DNA from: a virus
IMG/VR virus record: IMGVR_UViG_3300019926_000016
Reading direction: 5' to 3' (one strand)
Length of the DNA stretch: 64,000 nt
This document shows, in pieces, positions 9,379 through 18,205 of the stretch (position 1 is its first letter; the number at the start of each line of letters is the position of its first letter). The notes below the pieces were generated by a model that was not told the DNA's origin, did no database searches, and was given only the letters and a program-made list of their open reading frames with translations. Position numbers and translations under genes: made by a program.

Positions 9379-10080
9379 ATGGAAGTCCTTGACGACAACG
9401 AGGTTAACTACCTCGTTCTGACGGACGATGGAAGTACAGTGACGAAGACCAAATCATCGAACCTGAACCAACTGCTCTTCGACCACAACCTCTACGGGTT
9501 GCTCGAAGAAGGCAGTGAAATATGGACGTGCAGTAACCCGGAAACAGCAGAACCGACAGTAACAATCATTCCCGACGATGATGCCGAGTGTTACACTGTT
9601 CGGGTTGGCAATACGATAGACCTGACTCTCGGAGCGCATCACAAGACCGATTTGGTTGATGCACTTGCTGAAGTGTATCAGGACCACGACGGCGACAGCG
9701 TGGTTCCTCTTCTGGACCTTATCGAGTCTATCCGTGAAGATATGGTCCGGGTTGAAGCCCTGAAGCCGTTCCTCGGGATTCTATCCGAGAAGGTCGAAGA
9801 AAGAGATGACGGCTGGTTCATCAACGGCCACCTGCTTCTGACCTACGAAGGTGACTTCCATCATCCTGCTACTGAGAGTCGGGAACGGTCGGGGCAATCA
9901 GTTATCGGTGTCGGGTCAAACGTCGGAGCGTACAGTCTCAATATCGACCCGCCGACGAGTGAGATTCGGCGTGAGGTAGAGTATGACGGCGAAACCTTCC
10001 GATTGACTGACTCGGAAGTGGACTTCATAGCCCGAACGTTGTGGGCTATCGAGAACACGCCCGACAGGAGGGATGACTAA
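9379..10080 (+). CDS. hypothetical protein
   Basis: 233-aa acidic ORF. Confidence 0.75.
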   Translation: MEVLDDNEVNYLVLTDDGSTVTKTKSSNLNQLLFDHNLYGLLEEGSEIWTCSNPETAEPTVTIIPDDDAECYTVRVGNTIDLTLGAHHKTDLVDALAEVYQDHDGDSVVPLLDLIESIREDMVRVEALKPFLGILSEKVEERDDGWFINGHLLLTYEGDFHHPATESRERSGQSVIGVGSNVGAYSLNIDPPTSEIRREVEYDGETFRLTDSEVDFIARTLWAIENTPDRRDD

Positions 10081-10256
10081 TGGCGTATTTCTGCACCAGA
10101 TGTGAGGCAGAAGAACATCCGAATATGCCCAAAGAGCGTGTTCGGAACGAATTTGAGCAAGATAGGAACCTGTCGGTGACAACCTATTGTGCCACTTGCT
10201 CATCCAATACGGTCCACATCTCGGACAGCGCGAAACGGCTATCGGAAATGACGTAA
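10080..10256 (+). CDS. small CxxC zinc-finger protein (58 aa, not in the ORF track)
   Basis: MAYFCTRCE...YCATCSS...; TAATG overlap. Confidence 0.65.
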   Translation: MAYFCTRCEAEEHPNMPKERVRNEFEQDRNLSVTTYCATCSSNTVHISDSAKRLSEMT

Positions 10257-10289
10257 CATAAGACTTAACCCTTCGGGGCTTGAGTCTTA

Positions 10290-10329
10290 GGATGAAAGGG
10301 CGGCGGGCAGTTCGATTCTGCCTCATCCC
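10290..10329 (+). ncRNA. mini-tRNA-like element (acceptor stem plus T-arm only)
   Basis: GGATGA/TCATCC stacked on GGCAG-TTCGATT-CTGCC; 10-nt linker in place of the D and anticodon arms; AAGACTTAA about 30 nt upstream. Confidence 0.6.
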
Positions 10330-10361
10330 GTTGCGCCAATCCCCGGCGTTCGGTTCAAATA

Positions 10362-11291
10362 GTGGGACACAACCGGAAAAAGATGACCTACTACGTAGTA
10401 GTTGACGACGAAACAAGCGAAAAGGTAGACGGGACCGAACGGTATGACCAAGAGTTCCGTGCAACGATAGATGCGTTCAAGTGGGAAGCCAAAAACCGTG
10501 GTTCCTTCTCAGTTGAAGAGCGCGAAGAGACAACCGAAGACGACTCCGAACATACAATGAGTGACTACGACTTCATCGGCAACGACGACGCACAGGACGA
10601 CAACCAGCAGACCACCGACGACTTCGACACCATCGGCAATATGTGGACCCTCGGGGACCACAGCACGGCGTCGGAGGGAGAACGGAACTACCTCACAGAG
10701 TCCATCCAGAACACGATGGAGGCTCTGGACGAAGACGTTGACGACGAACTAATGGGCGTTCTCCGAGACGCACAGGGCCTCGTCAGTGAGACGAGCATCA
10801 GTCGGTTCGAGTGTCCGGTGGAAGACTGTGGCCTCGGTCACAGCCACCCTGACCACAAGCACGACATTCGGTCGGGCTTCAACGTCGAAGAGGACTTCGT
10901 GGAGCAGATGAAGTTCTGTCCGTACTGTCACTGTGGCGTCAACGAACTGGCGATGCTGGTTCGGTTCTTCCCCTACATCAACCGTCCGGTGTTCACCGAC
11001 CAGCACGACTTTGAGGGCGTTCTGGAAGTCAACCCGGACGTTCTGGAAGCAGTCTATCGGACCTACAACGACGATGGGGTGAGCCTCAGTGTCGCCGCTG
11101 GTCGGGTCGCTTCTCGGCGCGGTCTGGACGAAGCAGAAGCAATCCCGCTCGGTGTTCGTGAAGACATTCAGGCGTTCTTCAATCGTCGTGACGCGATTCA
11201 GAACGCGGCTAACTCTGCTCCTATCGCTCAGGAGACTCGGGGTGTCATCGAGGCCGACCGAGAGGCACTTCAGGAGATGGTTTCCGAGTAG
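10362..11291 (+). CDS. hypothetical protein with Cys/His metal-binding motifs
   Basis: CPVEDCGLGHSHPDH and CPYCHC; start may be a downstream ATG. Confidence 0.75.
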   Translation: MGHNRKKMTYYVVVDDETSEKVDGTERYDQEFRATIDAFKWEAKNRGSFSVEEREETTEDDSEHTMSDYDFIGNDDAQDDNQQTTDDFDTIGNMWTLGDHSTASEGERNYLTESIQNTMEALDEDVDDELMGVLRDAQGLVSETSISRFECPVEDCGLGHSHPDHKHDIRSGFNVEEDFVEQMKFCPYCHCGVNELAMLVRFFPYINRPVFTDQHDFEGVLEVNPDVLEAVYRTYNDDGVSLSVAAGRVASRRGLDEAEAIPLGVREDIQAFFNRRDAIQNAANSAPIAQETRGVIEADREALQEMVSE

Positions 11292-11331
11292 GTCAAAGAC
11301 TCAACTCTGGAAGGTTGGTCTTAGAAGCACT

Positions 11332-11405
11332 GGGCGAAACGTCGGGTTGGTCCCCCGGCGTTGGGAACGAGATGGTCGCCGTTCCCCTGATGATGCCCAC
11401 GACCA
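11332..11405 (+). ncRNA. type II hammerhead ribozyme HH4
   Basis: GGGC-GAAA-CGTCGGG/CCCGGCG-TT-GGGAACG/CGTTCCC-CTGATGA-T-GCCC; pseudoknot changed to TGGTCG/CGACCA (compensatory); predicted cut after T11362. Confidence 0.92.
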
Positions 11406-11434
11406 GACTGGTTGGGAACCGATGTAAACTATCA

Positions 11435-11572
11435 ATGAAATCGACAACCGAAGCATCTGAAAAGGTTGGAACGTCGCACGGAGAGCGAATCCGTGACAAC
11501 TACGACACGAAAAATCTTTCCGCGATAATGGATAGATTTTACAGCGCAGTTTCGTGGAGGGATGACGAATGA
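11435..11572 (+). CDS. small hypothetical protein (45 aa)
   Basis: MKSTTEASEK...WRDDE; ATG 72 nt after the HH4 cut site; ATGA-coupled to the next ORF. Confidence 0.5.
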   Translation: MKSTTEASEKVGTSHGERIRDNYDTKNLSAIMDRFYSAVSWRDDE

Positions 11573-11826
11573 CTGTCGTTAGTCATCTCGATATATTCTA
11601 CGACACTCGGTTTTCTCTTGCAGTCACAAATTCAGGCCCGTCGAACAACCCCAACACTGGTCTGACAGAGGTTCCGAAAGCCGCAATTATTCACTTCGAG
11701 GACGGTCCCGAGAGGTACGTTGACTCTATGGACTTCGATGCCCCGAACGGGAAAGGCTACGAAACGGCTCAATTCCTGATTGGACGGGCAATGATGGACC
11801 CCGATGCGGTGGTGGAACCAACTTGA
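11569..11826 (+). CDS. hypothetical protein
   Basis: 85 aa, coupled. Confidence 0.6.
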   Translation: MTVVSHLDIFYDTRFSLAVTNSGPSNNPNTGLTEVPKAAIIHFEDGPERYVDSMDFDAPNGKGYETAQFLIGRAMMDPDAVVEPT

Positions 11827-12047
11827 ATCAACAAGACCGCGAGTTACTTCGTTCGGTGTACGACCAGCAATGGGCCAGCACCAGAGAAATCGAGCGGTCT
11901 ACTCGATTCAGTTACGATTCAGTGACGGTCCATCTTCGACAACTCTTCGAGACAGGTCATTTGGACCGATGTAAAGTCGGTAGTCACTACGAATACCGGA
12001 TTGCGCTTCCGGTCCTTCCAGCGGTAATCAGCGACATTGCAGGATGA
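11823..12047 (+). CDS. winged-helix DNA-binding protein
   Basis: STREIERSTRFSYDSVTVHLRQLFETGHLDRCKVGSHYEY pattern. Confidence 0.7.
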   Translation: MNQQDRELLRSVYDQQWASTREIERSTRFSYDSVTVHLRQLFETGHLDRCKVGSHYEYRIALPVLPAVISDIAG

Positions 12048-12559
12048 CAGACATAGCAACAGGTGATTTCGTAGCAGAACACCTGAACGACGGTAAGGTT
12101 CGAGACGAACAGATTCAGCCAAACGGTGTAGACCTGACCATAGAAGAGATGTATCGAACTTCCGGTCAGGCTCACTTCTTCGATGATGGATACGAAAAAC
12201 CGGAGAGAACACCGATAACGCCGCGAAAGGCAATCCACGAGGACGAGACAAAAGTATTCTCAATTGTTTCGGGGCAGTATCCTGTGGTCTATGCCGAGAA
12301 GGTGGAGATACCGGACGGGTATGTGGGACGAGTTTACCCCCGTTCCCGGTTGATGCGTTCGGGTCTTCATCTCACATCGGCACTGTGGGACCAAGGCTAC
12401 GAAGGAATCGGTGAAGGTCTGCTTCAGGTTCCGTCGTCAGTAGAGAGAGTTACGATTCCGACCGATATGGCCGTCGCTCAGATGGTCTTCATATCGGCAG
12501 AAGAGGCTGAAGACTACGAAGGAAATCACAATAAAGAACGGCTAACGGTGACTGATTAA
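12044..12559 (+). CDS. dut: trimeric dUTPase / dCTP deaminase family protein
   Basis: QIQPNGVDL, PRSRLMRSG, WDQGYEG. Confidence 0.8.
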   Translation: MTDIATGDFVAEHLNDGKVRDEQIQPNGVDLTIEEMYRTSGQAHFFDDGYEKPERTPITPRKAIHEDETKVFSIVSGQYPVVYAEKVEIPDGYVGRVYPRSRLMRSGLHLTSALWDQGYEGIGEGLLQVPSSVERVTIPTDMAVAQMVFISAEEAEDYEGNHNKERLTVTD

Positions 12560-12560
12560 A

Positions 12561-12899
12561 ATGAGTGACAACAGCGACAAAGATTCACAAGCATTGGGCG
12601 AAATGAGCAACGACGAGTTGGCTAATCTCGTTCGGAACACGGCGGCTTTCCGAGCGGCGGCGGCCTGTGCCGCGTTCTCAGACGAAGCACAAGAACTTCG
12701 AGAGAACGACTCACTGGCCTTCGACCGACTGGTGAAAGAAACACACGCCAAGCAGGGAACTGGCGTCTCTTCGAAAGACACCACTCGGGGAATTATTCAC
12801 AAATTCATCGACGTGGTAGAAGAACACGCAGAACTTGCCGAAGAGCCTGCTGATGCCGCCGAGAACGCGGCGACGGAGGTGGTTACTGAGGATGACTGA
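12561..12899 (+). CDS. hypothetical protein
   Basis: 112-aa ORF. Confidence 0.65.
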   Translation: MSDNSDKDSQALGEMSNDELANLVRNTAAFRAAAACAAFSDEAQELRENDSLAFDRLVKETHAKQGTGVSSKDTTRGIIHKFIDVVEEHAELAEEPADAAENAATEVVTEDD

Positions 12900-13215
12900 C
12901 CTCCGGCTTCGGATGAGTGGTGAGATGGGAGAATCGCTACGGTTCATAGAAACAGAAACAGAAGACGGTCAAACCATCGAAGTCGGGGAATGGACTGAAG
13001 AAGACGGTGACTGGTTCCTCGAACTTGACTTCCTCGACCTTCTCGAAATTGCAGTTGAAGAAACAGAGAAGGTCTACATTGTCAAAGAAGAGGCCACGTG
13101 GTCATATGAAGTCTTCTTCGACAAAGAGAAAGCCCGAGAAGAAAACAGTAAGGGTCACTGGAAAGAACGCGCTCTCCACGTCGCAGACTTCATTCCGGCG
13201 ATAGAAGATGGATAA
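12892..13215 (+). CDS. hypothetical protein
   Basis: Start at ATG 12892 (MTDLRL), acidic. Confidence 0.65.
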   Translation: MTDLRLRMSGEMGESLRFIETETEDGQTIEVGEWTEEDGDWFLELDFLDLLEIAVEETEKVYIVKEEATWSYEVFFDKEKAREENSKGHWKERALHVADFIPAIEDG

Positions 13216-13223
13216 AGACTGAC

Positions 13224-13290
13224 GGGCGAAACGGGATTCTTCCCGTTGTCGGTGAGGTAGCCGCCACCGGCCTGACGATGCCCACGGCTT
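13224..13290 (+). ncRNA. type II hammerhead ribozyme HH5
   Basis: GGGC-GAAA-CGGGA/TCCCG-TT-GTCGGTG/CACCGGC-CTGACGA-T-GCCC-A-CGGCT; predicted cut after T13247. Confidence 0.9.
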
Positions 13291-13340
13291 GATGGGACCA
13301 ACCAAAACACCCAACGGACTCCAGAGGAAATCAGTGCATA

Positions 13341-13622
13341 ATGTACGAATCAGGCTTTCAGACCGAAGTATCGGCGGCTATCATCCAACACGAAGAGGAA
13401 GAAGTCAAAGTCTCAATCAGTGATAGTGAGAACATCATCTTCGTAGAAATCGGAAGAAAAGACGCCGCATACACGGCAGACGAAGCGAGAGAGTTAGCAC
13501 AGAATATCGAACACAACGCGAGGCAACGGTGGGACGAGATTCCTTCCGACCTTATCGAGTACATCAATGAACTTGCTGACGTTCTTGATGGAAAAAAGGA
13601 TTCAACAGAAGTCGAACGATGA
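13341..13622 (+). CDS. hypothetical protein
   Basis: 93 aa, first gene after HH5. Confidence 0.7.
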   Translation: MYESGFQTEVSAAIIQHEEEEVKVSISDSENIIFVEIGRKDAAYTADEARELAQNIEHNARQRWDEIPSDLIEYINELADVLDGKKDSTEVER

Positions 13623-14029
13623 CACAGTTACCCACACCGGACCCGGAAGTTGCACAGGTTTACAAGGAAGACCGAAGCGGAGAACTGTATCAAATCATCT
13701 ACGTGGATGCTCAGATAGTTCTCCTTCGAGGTGAACGCGCTCGACGTGACGGTGAAAACATCCACCGTCTCGAAATGCGAAGCCAATTCAACGAACAGGT
13801 TAAGTCAAATCGACTCGAACTTCAACCTGATTCCGACATTGACTTGTTGTCCCTGACAGGGAAAGCGTGGTCTGAAGTCGATTACATCGGAGAAAAGACG
13901 GCTGAAAACCTCCACGATGAAGGCTTCAGCACTATCGTTGATGTTCGACAGGCAAAAGACGAGGAACTGCTTTCCGTTGACGGACTCGGGAAGTCGGGGC
14001 TAAAGAATCTCCGTTCTTTTGCCCAGTAA
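13619..14029 (+). CDS. helix-hairpin-helix domain protein
   Basis: VDYIGEKTAENL...LLSVDGLGKSG tandem HhH. Confidence 0.8.
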   Translation: MTQLPTPDPEVAQVYKEDRSGELYQIIYVDAQIVLLRGERARRDGENIHRLEMRSQFNEQVKSNRLELQPDSDIDLLSLTGKAWSEVDYIGEKTAENLHDEGFSTIVDVRQAKDEELLSVDGLGKSGLKNLRSFAQ

Positions 14030-14055
14030 AGACTCGATTCAGGAAAGATAAATCA

Positions 14056-14160
14056 ATGAACCAGTGCGATAGTTGCGGTTTCACTGACGTTCGACGGAGT
14101 GGTACAGCGTGTCCGAAATGCGAAGATGGCATCATTCGGAGGAACAATGGTCGGAGGTAA
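14056..14160 (+). CDS. CxxC-CPxC micro zinc-finger protein (34 aa)
   Basis: MNQCDSCGF...TACPKCEDG. Confidence 0.55.
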   Translation: MNQCDSCGFTDVRRSGTACPKCEDGIIRRNNGRR

Positions 14161-14587
14161 CTACCCGCCGGGGACGAGTCGTCGTGACTTGATTCGTGGT
14201 GGCATCATCGAACCGCACCGTCACGAGTGCGAGTTTCTTATGGATGATGACCGAGCAAACCCCATCATCGAGGATGGTGCGGCAATCTTCCACACAGAGT
14301 GTCGGTATGTAGAAGGAGAATACGGTCAGGGGTACTCTTGTGATGAAACTCGCAGTTATCGGTTCGAGTATTCGACTCTCGAAACGAGTGAAGGTGAAGA
14401 GATAGAACTTCATCCTATCACAGAGTGGGAAAAGAACGACGACGATATTGCTGAGAAGGTCGCCAGCATCGAAGAAGCCTATCACAACTTCTCCGACGAA
14501 AGAACAGAAATAGACGTAGACCCCGACCCTGAAGCCGGGGTTGTCGCTATCGAATATAACGGCTATACCTTGAGGTACGAACCTTGA
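14147..14587 (+). CDS. hypothetical protein
   Basis: Probable start ATG 14147 (MVGGNYPPG). Confidence 0.65.
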   Translation: MVGGNYPPGTSRRDLIRGGIIEPHRHECEFLMDDDRANPIIEDGAAIFHTECRYVEGEYGQGYSCDETRSYRFEYSTLETSEGEEIELHPITEWEKNDDDIAEKVASIEEAYHNFSDERTEIDVDPDPEAGVVAIEYNGYTLRYEP

Positions 14588-16374
14588 TTGCAAATCAGAA
14601 ACAGACAGTGACGAATCTCGAAGAGTACGACGAAACACCAGCAGGCTTCAAAGAGTATCTTCACGACCTCGGTGAAGAGATGTTCCCGTTCCCCGGCTTC
14701 CGTGAGTATCAGGACGAGATACTGTACGAGACGCTGGATGCGTTCTTCATCGACGGTTACTGGAACGTAGTTATCGAGGGTCCGACCGGCATCGGAAAGT
14801 CGCCGTTCAACGTAGCTGTCGGTCGGGTTATCTCGATTCTCGCTTCCAGAAAACGGAAGATTCAGGACTACTTTGGTATCAGTCTCCGTGGCTTGGATAA
14901 AGGCAAGTCATTCTACACAACCCCACAGAAGTCTCTTCGGAATCAGTTGGCCGACGACGATGACCTTCGAGATTACATCACGATGTTGAAGTCACGTCGT
15001 GATTACATCTGCGGAGAAACGGGAACCAACTGTGCGGAATGTATGGTCAGAGCATCACAAGACGAGTCTTGCCGAACGGTCGCTGACTGCACCTACTGGG
15101 GACAAAAAGAAGCGGCAATGAGAAGCGACATAGCGGCAATTACGTTCGCTATGCTCATTGTGGACAACTACGTTCCCGTAGAAACTGAAGACGGTGAACA
15201 GATTTCCTTCGATGACCGCGACCTCGTTGTGGTTGACGAAGGACACAACAACGAACGCCAATCATCCAGTCTCTTTGCCGGGTTCACGCTTTCTCCGTGG
15301 AGTCTTCCCGAAGAAGTCTACGACGATGCCGGAGAACAGGTTGATTGGGAAGACGACCGCTTCGAGGATGTTGAAGACATTCTCCACGAGATTCTTCAAC
15401 GAGCAGAAAATTTCGTGGATATGTACGAAAACATCGAACAAAAACAGTCCCAAGTCGAGAAGTGCGAAGATGCAATCCGCAAGATACGGTACTGTATCAG
15501 GACGGAAGAAGAAGGACGCGGTTGGGTCGTCAACATTGACGAGGTAACGATTCCCGGTACTCGCGGTCAAACGACGAAGAGCATCCAAGTGAAGCCGGTT
15601 CGAGTCGATGATTTCTTGCGGGATTTCGTCTGGTCCCGTGGTCAGCGAAGACTCATAACGTCAGCGACGATTCCTTACCGGGCTGATGTTGACAAATGGG
15701 GCGACCGAATCGGCCTCGATGATGAAGTAAAGTTCATCTCGAAGCGAACGCCGTTCCCCGAAGAACATCGGCTGATTCATCTGAACACGATGGTCGGAGA
15801 AATGGACAGTAACCACGAAGACGATAATTGGGCCGATGCAATGGCTCAAATACGGGAGATTCAGTCTCACCACGAAGGAGAAAACGGGCTGATTCACTCT
15901 GTATCGTATCCTCGGGCCGAGCGTGTTGCTGATAGTCTCGGTCGGAGCAACGTCATCTTTGATGAGAAAGAAAAGGACACGGACGCACTCATCACGAAGT
16001 GGCAGAACAGTGATAAGGACATAATGGTGTCTCCGACGATGACTGAAGGCGTTGACCTACACGGCGACCGTTGCCGTTGGCAGGTTCTTCTGAAGGCTCC
16101 GTTCGCATATATGGGAGACAGCAGAGTGTCCTACCTCACGTTAGAAAAACACGAGTGGGACTGGTACTACGAAGAGGCCGCAATCGACATCATCCAGTCG
16201 GTCGGTCGGGCTGTTCGTGGTCCTGAACCGGAAGAAGCGGCATCGTTCTACATCATAGACGAGAAGTTCGAGGACGTGATGTACCGAACGAATCCACCTG
16301 AATACTTCGTAGAGGCTGTCAGGGATGACCCTCCCGAACATTGGGAAAACCCTGAAGCCGCTCCGTGGAGATAA
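14584..16374 (+). CDS. SF2 DinG/XPD(Rad3)-family helicase with Fe-S cysteines
   Basis: EGPTGIGKS, four-Cys cluster, VVVDEGH, TEGVDL, QSVGRAVR. Confidence 0.9.
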   Translation: MIANQKQTVTNLEEYDETPAGFKEYLHDLGEEMFPFPGFREYQDEILYETLDAFFIDGYWNVVIEGPTGIGKSPFNVAVGRVISILASRKRKIQDYFGISLRGLDKGKSFYTTPQKSLRNQLADDDDLRDYITMLKSRRDYICGETGTNCAECMVRASQDESCRTVADCTYWGQKEAAMRSDIAAITFAMLIVDNYVPVETEDGEQISFDDRDLVVVDEGHNNERQSSSLFAGFTLSPWSLPEEVYDDAGEQVDWEDDRFEDVEDILHEILQRAENFVDMYENIEQKQSQVEKCEDAIRKIRYCIRTEEEGRGWVVNIDEVTIPGTRGQTTKSIQVKPVRVDDFLRDFVWSRGQRRLITSATIPYRADVDKWGDRIGLDDEVKFISKRTPFPEEHRLIHLNTMVGEMDSNHEDDNWADAMAQIREIQSHHEGENGLIHSVSYPRAERVADSLGRSNVIFDEKEKDTDALITKWQNSDKDIMVSPTMTEGVDLHGDRCRWQVLLKAPFAYMGDSRVSYLTLEKHEWDWYYEEAAIDIIQSVGRAVRGPEPEEAASFYIIDEKFEDVMYRTNPPEYFVEAVRDDPPEHWENPEAAPWR

Positions 16375-16381
16375 ATTAACA

Positions 16382-16636
16382 ATGACAGACCTACAATCCA
16401 TCAAAGCACAAGCGAGTCGAATCGGCGCGATAATCCATTGCCCGGAGTGCAGTCACGAAGAAGACTTCTCGGCGTTCCTCGAACGGGACACCCGCATTGA
16501 CGAAGAAGAAAAAGAAGTAGATTTCGGTTGTCCCGAGTGTGGCAACGATACTGTTAGCCTCGGGAAGCGGCGGAGGGGGAGCCTGAACATCGTCGTCAAT
16601 GGCCTCGAAGAGATGGAACAACTGGCAGATGAGTAA
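16382..16636 (+). CDS. zinc-ribbon protein
   Basis: CPEC...CPECG. Confidence 0.65.
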   Translation: MTDLQSIKAQASRIGAIIHCPECSHEEDFSAFLERDTRIDEEEKEVDFGCPECGNDTVSLGKRRRGSLNIVVNGLEEMEQLADE

Positions 16637-16829
16637 AATGGGAAAGAATCTACCACCCGGCGTCTCGATTAGCGACTCAGATGCACCGTGGAATCAAAGA
16701 CACCCGGAACCGGGTGACATCAACGTAGAATGTAAGTCCTGTGACTTCAGAGGGAAACTGTTAGACACACCACGAGATGAAACGCTTACCTGTCCAGATT
16801 GCGGTGAAGGGGTGATAAGGTCAGGTTAG
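16629..16829 (+). CDS. zinc-ribbon protein
   Basis: NLPPGV...CKSC...CPDCG. Confidence 0.65.
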   Translation: MSKMGKNLPPGVSISDSDAPWNQRHPEPGDINVECKSCDFRGKLLDTPRDETLTCPDCGEGVIRSG

Positions 16830-16870
16830 TAATTAGTTTTATATCATCTGAGAGTTAATTTGTAACGACT

Positions 16871-17116
16871 ATGGAAAGAGCATCATTGCTAATCATAGTT
16901 GGCGTTCTTCTCTTGGGCATCGGAATTTCGATGTCTCCGACGAACACTACTACCAGTACGAGTTGTAGTGACTACGATATTGGAGCAGACGAGGTAAGTT
17001 GTGAAGGAACGAGCGTCACAAAAGAAACGTCACGGAATCAACTGAAGTACCCGACAATGGCAGTCGGATTCGTAGTTGGGATTGTCGGGTTCTCGATTGC
17101 GGGAATGAAAGATTAA
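16871..17116 (+). CDS. small membrane protein (2 predicted TM segments)
   Basis: Hydrophobic N- and C-terminal stretches around a Ser/Thr-rich loop with 2 Cys. Confidence 0.65.
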   Translation: MERASLLIIVGVLLLGIGISMSPTNTTTSTSCSDYDIGADEVSCEGTSVTKETSRNQLKYPTMAVGFVVGIVGFSIAGMKD

Positions 17117-18117
17117 TCTATGTCGAACATTTCCCGCCGCAGTTCTCGCTTCTCACTCTCGCTCCGAGCGTCGTAGTGCTTTTCGAGAACGTCGGTAGAC
17201 ACGTCCATTCGGTCGCTCACCAGTTCTTTCGAGTGACCCTCGTTGAGTGCTTCTGTGATGGCACTCCGACGAAGTGGATGCGGTGAGACGGACCCCGGAC
17301 ACTGCGCGGCTTTCGAATACGCCGTCGCTTCACAGTCCTCGATGCTCCGGTCGTAAGGACAGTCGTTCGAGTATTCACAGGGTCGGGTCATCAGTCGAAC
17401 CTGCTTGCGAAGCGTCGTTCGATGCGCTCTGCCTTCTTTAGTCGTGAACAGTGGTCGGCGTCCTTCCTCGTCGGTGACTTCGTGACGGCGACCGTCGATG
17501 TAATCGTCAACGATAACGCAGACCCATTCGTGAAGATTCAACTGCCGTTCGGCAGGGTCTTTGTTCTTCAGTGGCGTTCCCGAGTCGGGACGATGGACCG
17601 CTTCGACGTACATATCCTCACTGTGGTAGTCCCGAAGGTCGAGAGCGCGAGCAGTTCCAATACGCATCCCTGTCGTCCACAGGAGAGCAAACAGGACGTG
17701 CCGCATCGAAGCGTAGTCGTAGGTCCGTAGCTGGTTCAGCAGGTCGTCAGCGTGGTCAGCATCCAGCGTGTCGTCTTTGCTTTCGTTCTCTACCTCGGGC
17801 ATCATTATGTCCTGCGCCACGTCTTCGAGTAAGTCGCGGCTCTCACACCACTTGATGAAGACCCGAAGGGTAGTCATCTGGTTGTAGAGGGAGATGTTGC
17901 TAATGTCGTCTTCGTCACGGCGGTAGAGTTGAAATTCGGATAGCTCCCAGTTGCCTATTTCTCCGACCTTCTCGGGTCTTTCAGGGTCGTCGTGACACCA
18001 ATCGACAAACTGGGTGAGTTGAGACGAGTGATTGTAGAGCGTGGAGTCGGACACGTCGGCTTTCCGTTCTTTAAGATACCGTTCTACGGCGTCGGAAATC
18101 GTAAGATTCCGGTTCAT
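17113..18117 (-). CDS. int: tyrosine recombinase/integrase (SNJ2-like haloarchaeal type)
   Basis: Catalytic R (TGMRIG), K (PLKNK), HPLRR and Y (EKHY); N-terminal core-binding domain. Confidence 0.9.
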   Translation of the reverse strand: MNRNLTISDAVERYLKERKADVSDSTLYNHSSQLTQFVDWCHDDPERPEKVGEIGNWELSEFQLYRRDEDDISNISLYNQMTTLRVFIKWCESRDLLEDVAQDIMMPEVENESKDDTLDADHADDLLNQLRTYDYASMRHVLFALLWTTGMRIGTARALDLRDYHSEDMYVEAVHRPDSGTPLKNKDPAERQLNLHEWVCVIVDDYIDGRRHEVTDEEGRRPLFTTKEGRAHRTTLRKQVRLMTRPCEYSNDCPYDRSIEDCEATAYSKAAQCPGSVSPHPLRRSAITEALNEGHSKELVSDRMDVSTDVLEKHYDARSESEKRELRREMFDID

Positions 18118-18179
18118 TGGTTGCCTGAATCGCGGAATCGGTCTATTCTCAGCGTGACAACCTTGCGGAGCGGAGATTG

Positions 18180-18205
18180 AGGCGGTTCAAATCCGCCCGA
18201 ACCCA
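18180..18205 (+). mobile_element. putative attP core: 3' end of a tRNA gene
   Basis: GGCGG-TTCAAAT-CCGCC-CGAACCC-A (T-arm plus acceptor 3' strand) with no matching 5' half; about 60 nt upstream of the int start. Confidence 0.7.

Noticed and set aside
3741-13290. Intergenic repeats read as a CRISPR array or IS ends
   Set aside because: Irregular kb-scale spacing, variable stems with covariation and a hammerhead core; no transposase or constant repeat-spacer period
18180-18205. Provirus-host junction (attL/attR)
   Set aside because: Genes on both sides are viral in type and the tRNA 5' half is absent, which fits attP
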